Part shown: piece after piece, positions 24,930-38,900 of the stretch
How the letters are laid out: each line of letters opens with the position of its first letter
Position numbering within the stretch: position 1 is the first letter of the stretch
Assembly (NCBI GenBank): GCA_001244265.2
Contig: CDLV01000005.1
Coordinates: 62,001-126,000 of the forward strand
Reading direction: 5' to 3'
DNA length: 64,000 bases
Origin: Microbotryum violaceum
Lineage: Eukaryota
The notes under the pieces: generated by a model
Database searches by the model: none
What the model was told of the DNA's origin: nothing
What the model saw: only the letters and a program-made list of their open reading frames with translations
Program-made: the position numbers and the translations under genes

Positions 24930-26133
24930 ATGTCCTCCTCATTCCCATCGGTGCCATCGCCATCAAGCGCAACAGGAGGAAAAGATGATGATGTCGCTGC
25001 CTCGTCCAAGAGCCCGTTCGCCAAGCTGTCGTCGCTCGATTCGTCCAAAAAGTACACGCTCGTCTTCCTCGTCTCGGTCGGCACCACGCTCCTCATCACC
25101 GGAGCAAGTGGGGGTAGACTTCTCAAGAAAGTCAAGATGCCACCGACTGCAGACCCTATGGCCTCAACGAGGAGCTCGGCAACTGCCTCCAGTGCGGTCG
25201 CCTCAACGTCCAAGGCGCCCATCGCAGCCGCTCCGCCACCCGCCCGAGCCGTCAAGAAGGGATGGCTGGCACGAGTACTCAAGCCTACACCAGCAGCGTC
25301 CACCTCGACACCACCACTATCAGCCTCCCAAATTCAACCGCTTCTCATCCCTCCACGGCAGCTTTTCGCGGACCCGTTTTCCTTCCCCTCCTCTTCCTCA
25401 AATCGGGGCCGGTTCAGAATCTTACGCTCCTGGTCCTCGAACCGCAACGATCCCACCGCCTACTTCCTCCCCAACTCACTAATTTCGTCCCAATCAACCA
25501 TCTTCTCCGATAACGTCGACCTCGAAGACCGTCTCCACAACGACGGCACGCTCGACGAACCTTTCAAGGGGGAACTCGGCTTCAACCCCGCTCTAGACGC
25601 TTTCAAAGCCTTGGCCATTGCGACTGCCATCACTCTAAGTCTCTTCTCCGCTGGGATCTATGGTCTCATCAAGTGGTACAAGGTTGATGATGTGCGTCCA
25701 AGACATGCCTTTCTAGAGGCAAATGCTTAAATTTTTCACATGTCTCAATTTTTCTCAGTAGACGTCCCCACTGACACGATTGACTTGACTGTCCCCCATA
25801 CACCAGTTGAAATCACTCGCCTTGGCAATTTCCTACGACCTAACACCCAACCTCACAGGTCCGAATAGACCCACCGTCCCAATCTGGGCCCAGCCCACCT
25901 CCAACGCCAATCCCGAACCCGAGGAACTCGACTCGGATCAACGTCCGAATAACGACGACCGACTCACTCCCAAAGAGACGAATTATTGGACTTTGTTCAA
26001 GGCGCAACTCGACCAGGAGGCAGAAGAACATAAAGCACGCAAGGTGCAGGAATGGCAAGAATTGCAAGAGGTTCGACGGAGGAATGGGTTGGAGCGGAAT
26101 CGGCAAGTGCTGCGAGGATCGGTGGGGAAGTAG
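24930..26133 (+). CDS. Membrane protein, Aim11-like, one intron
   Basis: Two hydrophobic segments; FNPALDAFKALAIATAITLS resembles fungal Aim11-type proteins (recognised from memory, not searched). Confidence 0.55.
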
Positions 26134-26467
26134 CCAGGGACTGTGTACTTGATTTTTTAAAACCAAAAACCGCCTGAGTTCTATAGAAGTTTTATTCAAA
26201 CCCTTGCGCTTGGTATACAATACTACATAAATCGCTCCACAGTTCCGCACCACTCAAAAAAACTCGACAAAAACCGTACTCGGGGCTGTAACTCGATTTA
26301 TATGGTCCAGAAAATGTAGATATGGTCGTACATGACTTTTTGACCGGGATACCGATACCACAGGCAGGTGCGGCAGATTTGACAGTATGCTGGTACATCA
26401 CAGGCAACACAATCGAAAACAGCGACTTTGAGCTACTTGGGCGACACTTTGTTTTATAGATTGGTAC

Positions 26468-26514
26468 CAGTGGAACCCCTTAAATTAACGGGAGAATGAA
26501 CTTCAAATAGCAGG
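26468..26514 (+). mobile_element. Orphan pogo/Tc1-like TIR remnant in an AT-rich intergenic stretch
   Basis: CAGTGGAACCCCTTAAATTAACGGGAGAATGAACTTCAAATAGCAGG; a diverged inverted copy lies at 58733-58783. Confidence 0.55.
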
Positions 26515-27613
26515 GGTATTGAACAGTATACATGGTTTCAGTGGAGGTAAAAACACACGAAACAAAGTACAATATAAAATCTATTTTGGATTCATCGTCC
26601 TGAGAACAAGACGGAATACTGGGTTTGGAGGAAGTAGTAAGGTGGTAATTCAATCGGACGTCGAACCTTCGGGCGCACGGACCCCCCCCTCTCCGTTCGA
26701 ACGGCCACCTCCCCGAGCGCGAGAGATCATCCGAGCGTGACCCACGAGCGGCTCTTCCTCGTGAACTCTCTTAAATTCGATCCCAACCCTCAGGGTGAAA
26801 CCTATGAATAAGAATGAGGGTGACCAAGAGGGAGAGGGATTTGTTTCTTGAAAGAAAACGAAAAGATCGACAGTTTTAAGAGCTGGGAAGAGCTTCGAGA
26901 CCCGGGCATCTTAAGCTATGAGGAGCAGCGCAGTGAGCAAACGAAGATGCCGAGTAGAAGAGGATAGGGAACGTTAAGGGAAAAGAGAGGGAGAGCCGCG
27001 CTAGTCGCTGCCTCGGGTAATCTAAGTCAGAATCTAAAGAGGTCCGAGCGCGCCCGAGTTCCCATCCCCCAATCTCCGTATGCTGGAGTTGAGAGCGCCC
27101 CTGCAATGTAGTGTACACGATGACATAAGCTTCGCGATCGAGCGAGCGGGTCGGGGCCTCCCGCGCGGAGCTCGATTCTCGATCGAGGCGCTCAGCAGTC
27201 GCCGGGTCATGGAGACTGGAGACTGCTGCCCGCCGCCCGTGTGGTCGGTCGACCAGGCCTGACGTGGGATCGACGTTCTGGTTCTGGCCAGTGCGTGCGC
27301 TTCCATAGTAGTGTGCTCGACCCGTTACCAGAGATCACTTAGGTCACTACTCACTCGGCTTTGCAGTCGTTTTCCGGCCAAAAGACGACCGGGAAAGCAC
27401 CTCCTCTCCCCAGCCACCCTCAGCTGTCCCTTCGGTGAGTGGTCTGACGTCTGTCGCCTGCCCCGCTCTCTCTCCGATCACAAGCCGAGATGTGGCGGGT
27501 CGGCGTCATCGGCTCCGGCGTATTCTTCGACTCGAAGCTGATCGACATCTGCACGCCTATAGGCAATTCGGAGTAATTGGACTTTGTGTACCTACTCAGG
27601 CCAAAGGAATAAC

Positions 27614-28352
27614 ATGGCTTCACCAACAGCAACATCCATGACCTCCGCGTCGTCCGTCTCGAGCTCGCTCGCTACGAGCCCGAGAAACAGTCTCACCTCA
27701 GCTACGACTTCAAGCCTCACGACTATCCTCACAACGCAAACCTATCCGATGGCCTCTCAAGGCTCCTCCAACATCCCCGGAGCATCCATCACACACTCGG
27801 ATGCGTATTCGAAAGCGAAAGAATCCGCCATCTCGTCGGTAAACCAGTTCGTCTCGAACCTCATCTCGCAAGCCGCGGAGACCGCTTCAGCGACGGGGCT
27901 GACCACAGGGACGGGGAAGGAGAGTGGGATGCCAAAGGGGGAGAAGATAGGGTTAGGAATTGGTTCGGCAGTGATTGGGCTCCTATTTTTTGGCATACTT
28001 GTAAGTAGGCTCCTGCGCGTGGTGGGCTTGGTATGGCTTTGCGATCTGACCCTTGGCCAACTTCCATCTCGACTAGGGGTTCTTCTTCATTCGCCGCTCG
28101 CGAACACATGAACGTTCCCGCTTCCTCAGAAAATCAGAAAAGATCCGCGATCACGCCCCAGCGCAGAGCACACCCAACCCGTACAGTGGCTCCGCAGAAA
28201 GGCCACGCTCAGCTTTCGACAATGAAGAGGAAGAGGATTTCGGGTTTTACGGCAACGAGCCGGGGCATTTGGATGCGGTCGAGTTGGAGAGGAGGTACCG
28301 ACAGGACTCGACGTCGGCTCCGACGGGGGTGTGGAGGAATGAATCCTTCTAA
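27614..28352 (+). CDS. Ser/Thr-rich single-pass membrane protein, one intron
   Basis: S/T-rich N-terminus, KGEKIGLGIGSAVIGLLFFGIL|GFFFIRRSR TM segment with basic stop-transfer, TAA at 28350-28352. Confidence 0.65.
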
Positions 28353-29578
28353 AGGGACGATAGGGGACTCCTGGGGCCGCTGGGAATTGAAGGTGAGGAG
28401 GTGCCCAGGTGCAGAGAGGACTTTGAGAATGCACCCGAGTTTTTTTCGTGTTCCCATCTGTTATCTCAGTATGTTTTGTTCCCCTTGTAGCCGAGTTTCA
28501 TTCTTTTTTTGACATATACGTTTTTTCTGAGCTTGAAGCACACGCTCTCATTCTCGTATCGCATCATGCCCGTGGGGATCTCGGAGACCTCGGGCCGCCG
28601 AAAGACGTCCGGCTGCAGTGAGCCACAAGTGGGGGCCAGGGTTCCTTTCAAGATTCGAAGATGTAGAGGGCGTTGAAGTTCGACCGGGCGTGTAACATGG
28701 ACTCACGAACGTATCATGTAAGGTATTACTCGTTTTGAATGGAAGTGTCGAGCCTAAAACGACGATGACGACGATGGCGGGGTCCGCGTACGACCCACAG
28801 CCAGCAGCCATTCAGGGTCGTTGAGCCAGCCTGTGCGATCGAGATCGTCGGGGCCGACTCCAGATTCACGTACTCGCACTTGCCCTGCACGACGGGTGGG
28901 ATTGCTTGCAAGTGTTTCTTGAATTGTCCCATTGTCGAAGTTCCGTACTCTAATTAGTTTTTCAGGTGCTCGACCCACTGCAATTCATCGCAGCCTTGGA
29001 CCGCCCAATCTACAGTGTTCTGAATCGCTCGCTATTGTCGCTGGAGCTTGGCCGAATTCGGCGATGCCTCTTGGCCAGCGACTCGCCCAGAGTTGTGACT
29101 GCTGACGAAGAATTTGTGCAACGTCAGAGCCAAGTATTCACAATCGAATTAGTGTCGTGCAGTAACCAAAAAATCTATGTGCTTTCACTCAGCTCTTCAA
29201 ACAGGTCCAGTCGGTGTCTAGCTACTATCGGCGTCCGCCCGTAGTGCCCGAGGTGCTCGGACATCGAGACCGACTCCCAGGTGTAAGGGTGGCCTGAGCG
29301 GGCAGTTAGTGTGAACTTGTACTTGCGGTTCTTGTTCGTCTCTTTCACTATGTTGTTTTGCCTCTTTTTCTTCTCTCGTACGACCCTGGCGTCAGTGTGA
29401 CTTGTGCTTAGCTGTACTTGTAAGTTCCGATGCGCGGACCCCTTACTCCTCCCCTCCCCAAAGGCAGATAACGCTGACTCCTGCCAGAAAGTTCTGTCCT
29501 CCATCGAGCCGGTCTCGACCCATCCCTCACATAACATAACCAATTTATTCACTCTTTTCCCTTGTATCTCAACTCAAG

Positions 29579-31014
29579 ATGCTCGAAACCTTGTCTGTCT
29601 TGCTCTGGTTCGGCTCGATTGCTCTAGGCGCTCCTGTCAACAACCCCAGCGGCGGGGCCCGGTCGACCGTTGCCACTGGGAGCGAAACGTCCGCGACGGC
29701 GCCCCAAGCTCGAAACCTCGATGTTCGTGAGGTTATAAATGCCGCAACCCCTCCTACACCCGACGGAGTACATAACGGGCCCGCGACGTGGTTCACTCAG
29801 AACAATCTTGCCGGTGCTTGTGGGAAGTATAACCTCGACGCCACACCCCTAGTCGCTTTACAATATCTCCTCTACGGGGACACGAATTCTGAATCTCAAT
29901 ACTGCGGTCGTTATGTCAACATCACCAACACCGTCAACCGCAAGAACGTCATCGCCATTGTAGCTGATGCCTGTCCTTCGTGCGCAGGGGCTTATGCCCT
30001 GGATCTCTCCCTTGGAGCCTTCGATTTGATCGGCGACAGGGACGCGGACGCGGGCATGTTATCTATCAGTTGGAGCTTCTTGCCCAAGACTTACAAGCCG
30101 GCTTTTGTGGTTCCCATTTTGACGGAGCCTACGAGCGTCAAGACGACCACCAAGAGGGCTGTCAGATCGGATTCTGCACGCTCAGCGACGACTTCAAAGA
30201 CAGGGGTTGTGACAATCACCCAGAAGACGACGAAGAGCGGGTCTGGTGGCAATCTGACCACTACGCCGGTCAAGCGATCCATGAAGAAGGTGAGTCAATT
30301 CAGCTCGAGACGTCCGCCACCGTGTGATCAAGGTACTGACCCACCAGTCTCCCATAGCCCCCCTCCGCCACCTCACCCTGGGTCGACGCCCGCATTCGCA
30401 AAAATGGCATCACGGCCTTCCGAGCCACCCGTTGCGGCACGAACAAAGGCTCCATCGTCTCTTGGTTCAGCACCAAATCCACTACCGACTCCACGAACGG
30501 CAACTCGTGGTGCGGGTTTCCTTACGATGATACTACCCCTGGTTTCGCGATCAGTTTGAAAACGATGTTGGCGAATTTTGGGAATAATTATGAAAAGGCG
30601 GCGAAGGCGTTCTGTGGTATGGAGGCGGAGATTACGTCCAAGAGTGGGAAGAAGATCAAGTTGGTGCTTGTGGATGCCTTTGATGATCGTGAGCTGTCTT
30701 TTGAGGAGAATGGTGTTCCATGAAGCGCCGGTCCAGTGGGGTCCTAATCTTTCCTTGGCTTACAGGCTGGGTGCGCACCCCCAATTCGATCGACATGATC
30801 ACAAATTCTGTTAGTCTACCTTTACCAATATACCTCAGCTCCACGGCATGAACTGACCGATTTTCTGCTCTGGCCGTCTTGATTCTCGCAGTTCGCCAAA
30901 TTCAACGGCGCGCGCACGACGAACAAAAATGTCGTACAGATGGACGCCAGTTGGGTTTTCACTGGTCGTCGCAACCTGCGCTACCAGTTTAAAGGCGTTG
31001 GGAGTGGGAGATAA
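29579..31014 (+). CDS. Secreted expansin/RlpA-like double-psi beta-barrel protein with a second, divergent DPBB-like C-terminal domain
   Basis: Signal peptide; GPATWF..GACG..CGRYVNITN..VADACPSC..LDLSLGAF; T/K-rich linker; spliced C-terminus NGITAF..IVSWFSTKSTTDSTNGNSWCGFPYDD..KTMLANF..AFCG..VDAFDD..WVFTG. Confidence 0.82.
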
Positions 31015-31234
31015 TGGGCGTACTTTTCGACTTTAGTAACACTTCTTTTAGAGCTGGTCTCTTTTCCTCTTTTGCCTGCCCGAACCGCGTCCTCTTCAGC
31101 ACACCCTCGCCAGCCCCAACGCAGGTTGTAGAACTCGCCTTTGATGGAGACGCGTACAATAACATATGTATTTTCAACCCATTTAACCCAAGAAAAAGCG
31201 AAAGGAAACCCCGTCTACCCCTCGCACCGCAAAT

Positions 31235-32658
31235 CTACTCCTTCATCCGACGCAACATTTCCCTGATCCTCCCGGCGACCTGACTCTTCTCCCGATCCCT
31301 ATACCCCACATCCCCTTCCCCCTCACGACCTTCCTCAACGGCCTCGTGCAAACTCGCAAAGTCGTCCATCGCAGCTTGCAACTCCTTCCTCGCTTGCGGA
31401 TGCCCTTCCAATGCTTCCTCAACGAGGGCTTCGTTGGGTTCCGAATCGACCATCGTTAGGCCTAATAGGAGGCCGGAGTAACCTGTTAGGAAGGAGGTGT
31501 TGATCTGTGACGACGTGGGATACCGACTAGAGTAAGTACGAGACTGAAGCGAAAATATTACTACCGACTCCGGAACTGACCTCGTTGGTGGTCGCTGGCG
31601 TTTGGAGGTACAACCTAGCCAGCACAGCTAACGCAGGTTCGCGCCCCTCGCAATGGCACACAAACGTGCAGCGTCGTCGTTCTTGGCAAGTCGGGGAAAG
31701 CACTACACACCCTTCAAAGCCAATCATCAGTTCGCAGGTCGCCGTCTACCTTCACGCACCAGGATCCACTCACGCGTCTCCCTCAAAATCGTCTTGACGC
31801 GATCGACGCTCTCGACGAGGTTCGTCAACGTGCCCAAGGCCAAGCACAACAAATCCAAATCGAACGTAGACCTCGCTGCCTCTTCCGTCTCCTCCGCCCC
31901 ATCCGCCTCCCCCTCCCCCTCATCCTCCCCTCTTCTAATTCCCTCCCCCTCCCCCATCCTCTTCTTCGCACTCTGTAAAACCCTCACCAAACTGCCTACG
32001 ATCCTCCCCCTATGCACAGCGACGAATTCGGCGCTCCACCTCGCGTCGGCGATCGTCAACTGGAGGACGAGCTTGAGCGCGCCAGAGAGACAACCCATCG
32101 CTGCTCGTAACTCGGGTTGGGCAACGTCGGGATCAGTTTTAATGTTAATCGTTGATGAGCGAGGTGGACCAGCTGCGCCGCCGAAGATAACGAGTTCGGA
32201 AACGAGGATCAGGGTTGAGAGGGAGCTGACGATCGAATTGGAGTGGTCCGTGAGAGGTTCCAACGCTTGTTCAGAACATACCGAAAGACATGTCTCCATA
32301 ACGCCGATCTGCAATGCCAATAGCGGGAGGTGGGGGTTCGACCTTCCGCTCGGGGTAGTCGTGGTGCCTGCATCCTCAGGCAGGGGCAACAACTCCAGCC
32401 CTTTCTCATACTTGCCCAACCTCCCCTCCAAAGCTTCACTCCCTCTCATCAACGTCCCGACCAAAGCCTTCAACGCTCCCGAAGTACACACGAGAAGCTG
32501 AGGTCTGAAAATGGCACGAGGTTCGAACGAGGCGATCGTCGATAAGAGGTGGATCGCAAGTGATTCCAATGTGGTTGGGTAAGACCCGGAGGACGATGTT
32601 GATCCGATCAGTTCGTTGTTGATGATGAGGTTACGGAGGATAGTCAACTGTTGATCGG

Positions 32659-32692
<34 letters not shown>

Positions 32693-35219
32693 CCAAACCA
32701 AAGTAAGCCCTCGTGCCCAGGAAACTCAAAACGACCACCCAGAAAAGCACTCACACTCCTCAACTCGGCCTTTCCCACCCCTTTCGCAGGCGCCCCAATC
32801 TCCTCACAACTCCACCCCACTTCCAACCACCCTCTAACCATCCCCAACACATCGCCTTCATTCATCCCCTCTGCGCCTCTCCTGTTCCTAATTTCTTCCC
32901 CTCCAACATCCCCTCTCGTGACCCTCATAAGTGGTTCAAACCCCCTCTGTTCCCTCGCGATCCTACCCAAGAACACCGCCAAACACACTTCCAAGCACCG
33001 ATCGCCTGTCCGCTCACCCACCCCCACTCCCTTCCCACCTTGTATCGCACACCTCCTCAAAGCCTTGTAAACCGCTTCCTCCAATCCTAAACTTTTAACC
33101 CTCTTACCAAACTCACGCTCCTCTACGACCTTCCTAACCAATTCAATCGCGCTCGAACGTCGAAGTGCAAGCGAGGCTTCCTTCTCCGACATCCCCTCCA
33201 AAAGGTACGCTACTTCATCCGTGAACTTGGTCGATTCGCCCTTTGCGATCAATTGAGTGATCGAGGAGAGCGAAGAAGCTTGTTGAGATTCGAGTAGAAT
33301 GGTTTCCTCTTCTTCGACGCCGTATTCGATCCTCATAGATGAATAAGACCTCCTCAACGTCGCTGTCGTCGTCGTCGTCTTCATCCCCGTCGTCGTCTTC
33401 ATCCCCGTCGTCGTCTTGGAAAAACCCAAAGCTCGTTCAGGGTGAATGTCCCCCACCGAGTCATGCCACAAGTCCTCTTGCTCTTCTTTCCCGGAAGAAT
33501 TAATCCCCATCAACTCATCCTCATCCTTACTCCTCCTAAAAGACCTACCCCCACCAGCACCATAAGTCTTCCTCACCCCTGCACCAGAAGCACGGGGCGC
33601 AATCGCCCCTGATTCGATCAAGCAAGGCACGACGTTGTTCTGTAACGTTGTCGATGCGATATGGGATGTCGAAGGTGAAGTTTGTCGAGATGGGGAAGGC
33701 TGTCTACTCGCCGGTCGAGTAGGGGACAAGTTCGGCTGCGAAAATGACGGTCCAAGTGGTCTTGGTGAAAGCGCATTGATCGTTCTTGACGAAGTAGGTG
33801 TGAGTGAACCTGGGCCGGGGCGAGAGAGAGTGTAATGTAATCAACATCAGTGAAAAAGGGCCCTCCCAATTGACGTTGCACATTGACGATCCCGTACGGA
33901 CCTTGTCGCATCAACTCTGGACTAAATCCTCTCCTTCTGGGCGCCATACCCGCGACGATACTACCCGTCGACATCGTCTCCTTGAGTGGGATCTTGCCCG
34001 GGCGTTTGGGAGAGAGTTCATTTAATGTCGTCGAGCGCGCGCCGTCAGTTGCACTGGTGTTGACACTATCGAAGGAATCAAAGATGCCGCTAAGATCCTT
34101 AGCTGGGGATCGAAGGGGAGATGCGACAGGGGTATCGATAGGAGCGGCCAAAGTCGAAGTCGCAGCGAGTTTGGAAGCTGTGATGGACCGTGATGTGTTG
34201 GGTGTCGACGGTTTGGAAAGGCGGGCTGCTGGTGATGTCCGCGATGGTGCGGGAGGAGGTGGCGTCGAAGGTCTTGGTTTCGAGCTAGGTCTCGCACCCT
34301 TTTGTTCGGGTTCACTTGCCTTGCGCTTTTTGGTCGGAGAGACGTGCGGAGTATCGGTCCGGCTACTTGGAACATGACTGTTGGCAGCGGGTTCGGACGT
34401 CGGTTCGGCCAGAGTGGGTTTGCTGGTCGTCGAGACCGAGACGAGGACGGGGACGGGTGGTGTAGTCGTTTTAGAGGCAAGGGGTCGCTTTTTTCTCGGC
34501 GGGGGTGAGGGCGGTTCTTCTACATCATCATCGTCGTCGTCGTCGTCTATCTCTAGCACCTCTTCCGACTTGAGTTGGAGCGCTCGCTTGGGCGTCCAAG
34601 TTGAGGAAGCGGATGATGTGGTAGCGGAGGGAAGAACGGAGGAGGGCAAGGCACGTGACGCCGATCTGGGCGCTGAGACGAGGTCTCGGTCGGCGCTCGA
34701 CCTTGAAGCGGTCCGCTGCGGTTGCTTGACACGGAGTGTTGACGTTAAGCGCTTCGAGGCCAATGTCTTGACCTCAATAGATGATGTAGGAGGTTCCTCG
34801 GTTGGTGACTCCTTGCGCTTGCCCTTGCGCTTGTCGACGCGTGAGAGGGTCTGATGGCGGCTGCTGCGCTGCCCAAGGCCCAATTGCTTCTCGATGGATT
34901 CGTCCAGTTCGGTATCACTGCCACTACTACTACTGCTCGAGCTTGATGACTCCTCGTCGAGATGCAACATTGAGGCTTTGCGATGACTGCCGGTATAGGA
35001 AAACGTGGCCGAGGTGGAGTCGCGTATCGCGGCCGTCGTGGTCGTAGTCGTGGTCGTAGTCGTGGTCGTGGTGGTCTTGGTCGCCGATGCTAATGCTAAT
35101 GCTGATGCTGATGCGGCTGCTGCTACACCTCGTCGACCATAAGTCCTCGTGTTGTTCATCCGGGACTTTTCACCACCATCACTACGGGGCAGTGGTGAAG
35201 AGGTGGATGCGATCGCCAT
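31235..35219 (-). CDS. WAPL: Wings apart-like cohesin release factor (Wapl/Wpl1/Rad61), spliced
   Basis: N-terminal RTYGRR and long disordered region; SITQLIAKGESTKFTDEVAYLLEG..LALRRSSAIELVRK; LLCLALGTLTNLVE. Confidence 0.8.
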
Positions 35220-35611
35220 CCGCACACGACACGACCCCCGAGTCGGAAATGAGAATGAGCCAACAACTTGCGCGCTGAGATCCCGAAGAGAGAGCCGTGC
35301 GCGCGTGGCGAACGGATGGTCACGCGCGCACGGATCGTTTACTGATTTACTAATCAGCGCGTTTGATCTCCCGCGCCTTGTAATGCACAATTTCCTATCG
35401 CGCCACGAGTCAAGCGGTCTGTGCGCTTCTGCGCGCTTGCTTGCTCCTGTTTGCTGCTCTCCGTCCGGTGCGCTTGCCCGCCGGCCTGCCTGTCTGACTG
35501 TCTGCCTGCTCGTCGTCCTTTGCTCTCACCCGCTCAGGTCACCGGTCACCGCCCGCCTTCAACACGCCCGTCATACTCGGACACGCACCTGACCCACGCT
35601 GAAGGAAGCAG

Positions 35612-37216
35612 ATGGCCGCCGCTCGAGGAGGGATCAAGTCCCACGCCGACTTGCTCTCGGTCAACTTTAACCAGGACAGCACGTGCGTTGCAGTTCACTA
35701 GCTCGCATCCCCGATCAAGCCTGACCATCCACGGCTGCCCCTGTCCTGCCCCCCCATCCCCTGTAGCTGCATCTCGACGGGCACCCGACGGGGCTACACC
35801 ATCACCAACTGCGACCCCTTTGGCAGGGTGTACGGCAAGAGTGAGTAGTACCGCACACGCGACTAGACATCGTTTATCATCTCTGGAACGGAATCTCGTC
35901 CAATACTTGCAGGTGAAGGTGCGACATCGATCGTCGAGATGCTCTTTTGCACCTCGCTCGTCGCCTTGGTCGGAGCAGGCGACCGGCCCAGCTCGAGCAC
36001 GCGCAGGCTCCAGATCGTAAACACAAAGGTGCGCATCGTTTTCGACCTGAGAAGCGCGTGTTTTTCGTTCGACTCATCTTGCGTCCCACAGCGACAATCC
36101 ACAATCTGCGAGTTGACGTTCCCAACCACAATCTTGGCCGTCAAGATGAACCGGCGCAGGCTCGTCGTCGTGCTCGAGGAGAGAATCTACATCTACGACA
36201 TCTCCAACATGAAACTCCTGCACGAGATAGAGACCAGTCCCAACCCACAAGGTGAGACTGAGAGGTCAACGCGGGAGCAGTACATGCCTAGTCCTGACCC
36301 AGACCCCACCCCACCCCACCCCTCAGCGATCTGCGCCCTCTCACCTTCTTCAGAAAACAGTTTCCTCGTCTACCCTTCCCCCCTCCCTTCCCCGACAACC
36401 CCCTTCTCCGCGACCCCTCCCGCCGCCCCTCCCTCGTCCTCTTCCGCCTCCAACAACGGCGACGTGCTCCTCTTTGACGCCGTCTCCCTCTCCGTGACCA
36501 ACATCATTCAAGCCCACAAAGCGCCCATATCTTGCGTAGCCCTCAACCCCTCCGGCACCCTTGTCGCCACCTCCAGCGACAAAGGTACCGTCATCCGCGT
36601 CTTCTCCCTCCCCAACGGCGATCGCGTCCACGAGTTCCGAAGGGGTAGCTACCCCGCCAAGATCTACTCGATCACTTTCAACGCCGTTTCGACCCTATTG
36701 GGAGTTTCCTCCGATACGGAAACGGTGCACATTTTCAAATTGACGAAGGGAGGAAAGAATTCAGGAGCGGCGGGGTTTAAAGGGGGTAGGATCGCTAGTG
36801 GGAGTAGTGGGAGGAGTATGAACTCTGATCTCGGATCGTTCGATGACAATGGCGATGGTCCGATCGGAGGTTACGAAGCCTTCATCGACGCCAAGAAGAA
36901 CGAATCTAGCGTCGGCGGATCACTTCGTCGTCGTTCCTTCCACCTAGGTCGAAATCTCGCCGGTTCGGTCGGAGGTCTTCTCCCCAGCACCGTCACCGGC
37001 CTCTGGGACCCTCAACGTGATTTCGCCTTCCTTAAACTCCCCACCGCGGGTGTACGTTCCGTCGTCGCTCTAAGTTCGACGACACCTCAAGTGATGGTCG
37101 TGACGAGTGAAGGCGTGTTTTATAGTTATGCGATCGATTTGGAACATGGCGGGGAGTGCGTATTGCAGAAGAGTTATTCGTTGTTGGAAGGCCTTGCCGC
37201 GGGGGACGATGCATGA
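35612..37216 (+). CDS. ATG18: Autophagy PROPPIN WD40 protein Atg18, spliced
   Basis: [59 protein letters not shown] lipid-binding motif, RDFAFLKLP. Confidence 0.93.
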
Positions 37217-37399
37217 CGGCTTTGGAAGGGTCTGCTCGTGGGTTTACATTGCTTTTTGTCTATGCATAGGGGTTCCGAGTTCGTCTTTTTGTTGGCTCGG
37301 TTTTTGTCTTTCGGAGACCTATGAGATACTACCTTGGGTGAAAGTTCATACCATAACACATCTTACTTCAACTTTCTTCTCACAACATGTGAAGCTCCT

Positions 37400-38589
37400 C
37401 ACGGACAAATCGCAAATAACAAAGCGTGTCTGAAAAGATGAGTGCCCATCGACACATTCTTCACTTTATAGAATGCCGCCGTCGTAGGCCACAACACAGT
37501 CATCCCATCATCCGCGAAAACACCATCCTCGACCTTCCCACCTCCCACCTCCCACTCCCTCCCCCATAAACCCCGCGTGCCCTCAGGCTGTTCAATTCGA
37601 GATCCTGAACGTCTCCGTCGGTGGCGAGATGTCCGATTCCTGCCCCGCCGTTTTGGCCGCCTTTCCTCCATTCCAAAGTGAAAGGGAGCGCATTATTAAT
37701 CCAAACACTCGCATCATCTCAGTCCGACATGTAAATTCTCCATAATCCTCCCCCAACGCAATCTGATCCTTCCTAACCAGCCTATGATCCTTCCGGATAC
37801 CATAAACGTTAACATAAAGTTCTCCCGAACTCGTCGCTTGCCACAACGTATTTTACGCGCCCATGACGATCCCGTTGGGTTTGTGTAGACCTCCATTGAC
37901 GACGACGATTTCATTCCATCTTCCCACTCGAAGAAAAGCACAATGAGATGGTATCCGATCGAATTTCGTAATTACCTCGCCCAAGCTCATGTCCAATGCA
38001 CTTTTTAACACGATGATCATTCGTGACTAACATAGAAAGACTTTTTCCTCCATCGCGACCAAATTAATTCAGCGTCCTTCTCAAAACGCATGACGAAGCC
38101 GATTTTAATCCACGTATAAAGCGTATTTAATCCGCTAGTACGGGCTCTCAAAACACTTTCGACGACGCTATCCCGCTCCGAGTCCTAACTTGGAACTTGC
38201 AACTTGGGAGCGAGCCCACTCCCTCTCCCGTCCCTGCCATTGGGGCGGACGATGTGAACTCAAGTTGAAAAGCGTCAAAATGCTCCCTATCCCCCTCTCC
38301 CTATGAAAAAGTCTCAATAGACTGGGCATTTTCGAAATCCTTTTCTCACTTCGATCGGAGCGACAATCTCGAGTCGACGACGGGTGAGTCGGACCGAGGC
38401 TTGAACTCAGAGATCCCAAAAAAGAACTTACCCGGAGCCTGGCACCCTCCTCCGACATTTCGTATTGCGCAATTGTTGAGACGGAGCCTAAGGTAGCCAA
38501 AGACTTTGTACGATAGGTCATACGAAGCTACTGATGAAGAAGAAGAGCCGAGGGAGCGCGATGAAGAGGAGGTTCTTGAGACTCAGCAT
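37400..38589 (-). pseudogene. Decayed tandem copy of the neighbouring paraoxonase-like gene
   Basis: Fragments across frames: MLSLKNLLFIALPRLFFFISSFV*PIVQ..QLRNTKC; KPNGIVMGA*NTLWQATSS; GRIMENLHV; PTETFRISN; FADDGMTVLWPTTA, all collinear with 38901-40384. Confidence 0.8.
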
Positions 38590-38900
38590 GGCGAGCTTTT
38601 TCGTGCGCAAGCGGGTGGGGGAGAGGGAGGACTGAGCCAGGGCGGGGCAAGCGGTGACGGATGTGGGGGTCACCAGGCCGACAGAAAGGCGAGGCGATCT
38701 CACCGGTCGAGCATCTCTTATCCATTCACGCTTGACTCTCGCAATTTTTCCAAAAGACGGGTTCACAACACGAAACTTTGATTGGATTGCACGAAGGCAC
38801 AGTACGCATATCACTAGCACATTTCCTTCTTTTTTTCGCCGCTGGTCACCACAGAGCTAAGTCCATTTCTTTCAATTGCGTCCTATCGGCGCCCTCCCCC

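Noticed and set aside
32659-32690. Run of about 32 A
   Set aside because: It is a poly-T tract inside a WAPL intron, with no TSD or retroposed body next to it.
31653-33090. Long plus-strand ORFs antisense to WAPL, and similar ones opposite the LysM, DH and Akr1 genes
   Set aside because: Antisense shadows of GC-biased coding regions with no independent support.
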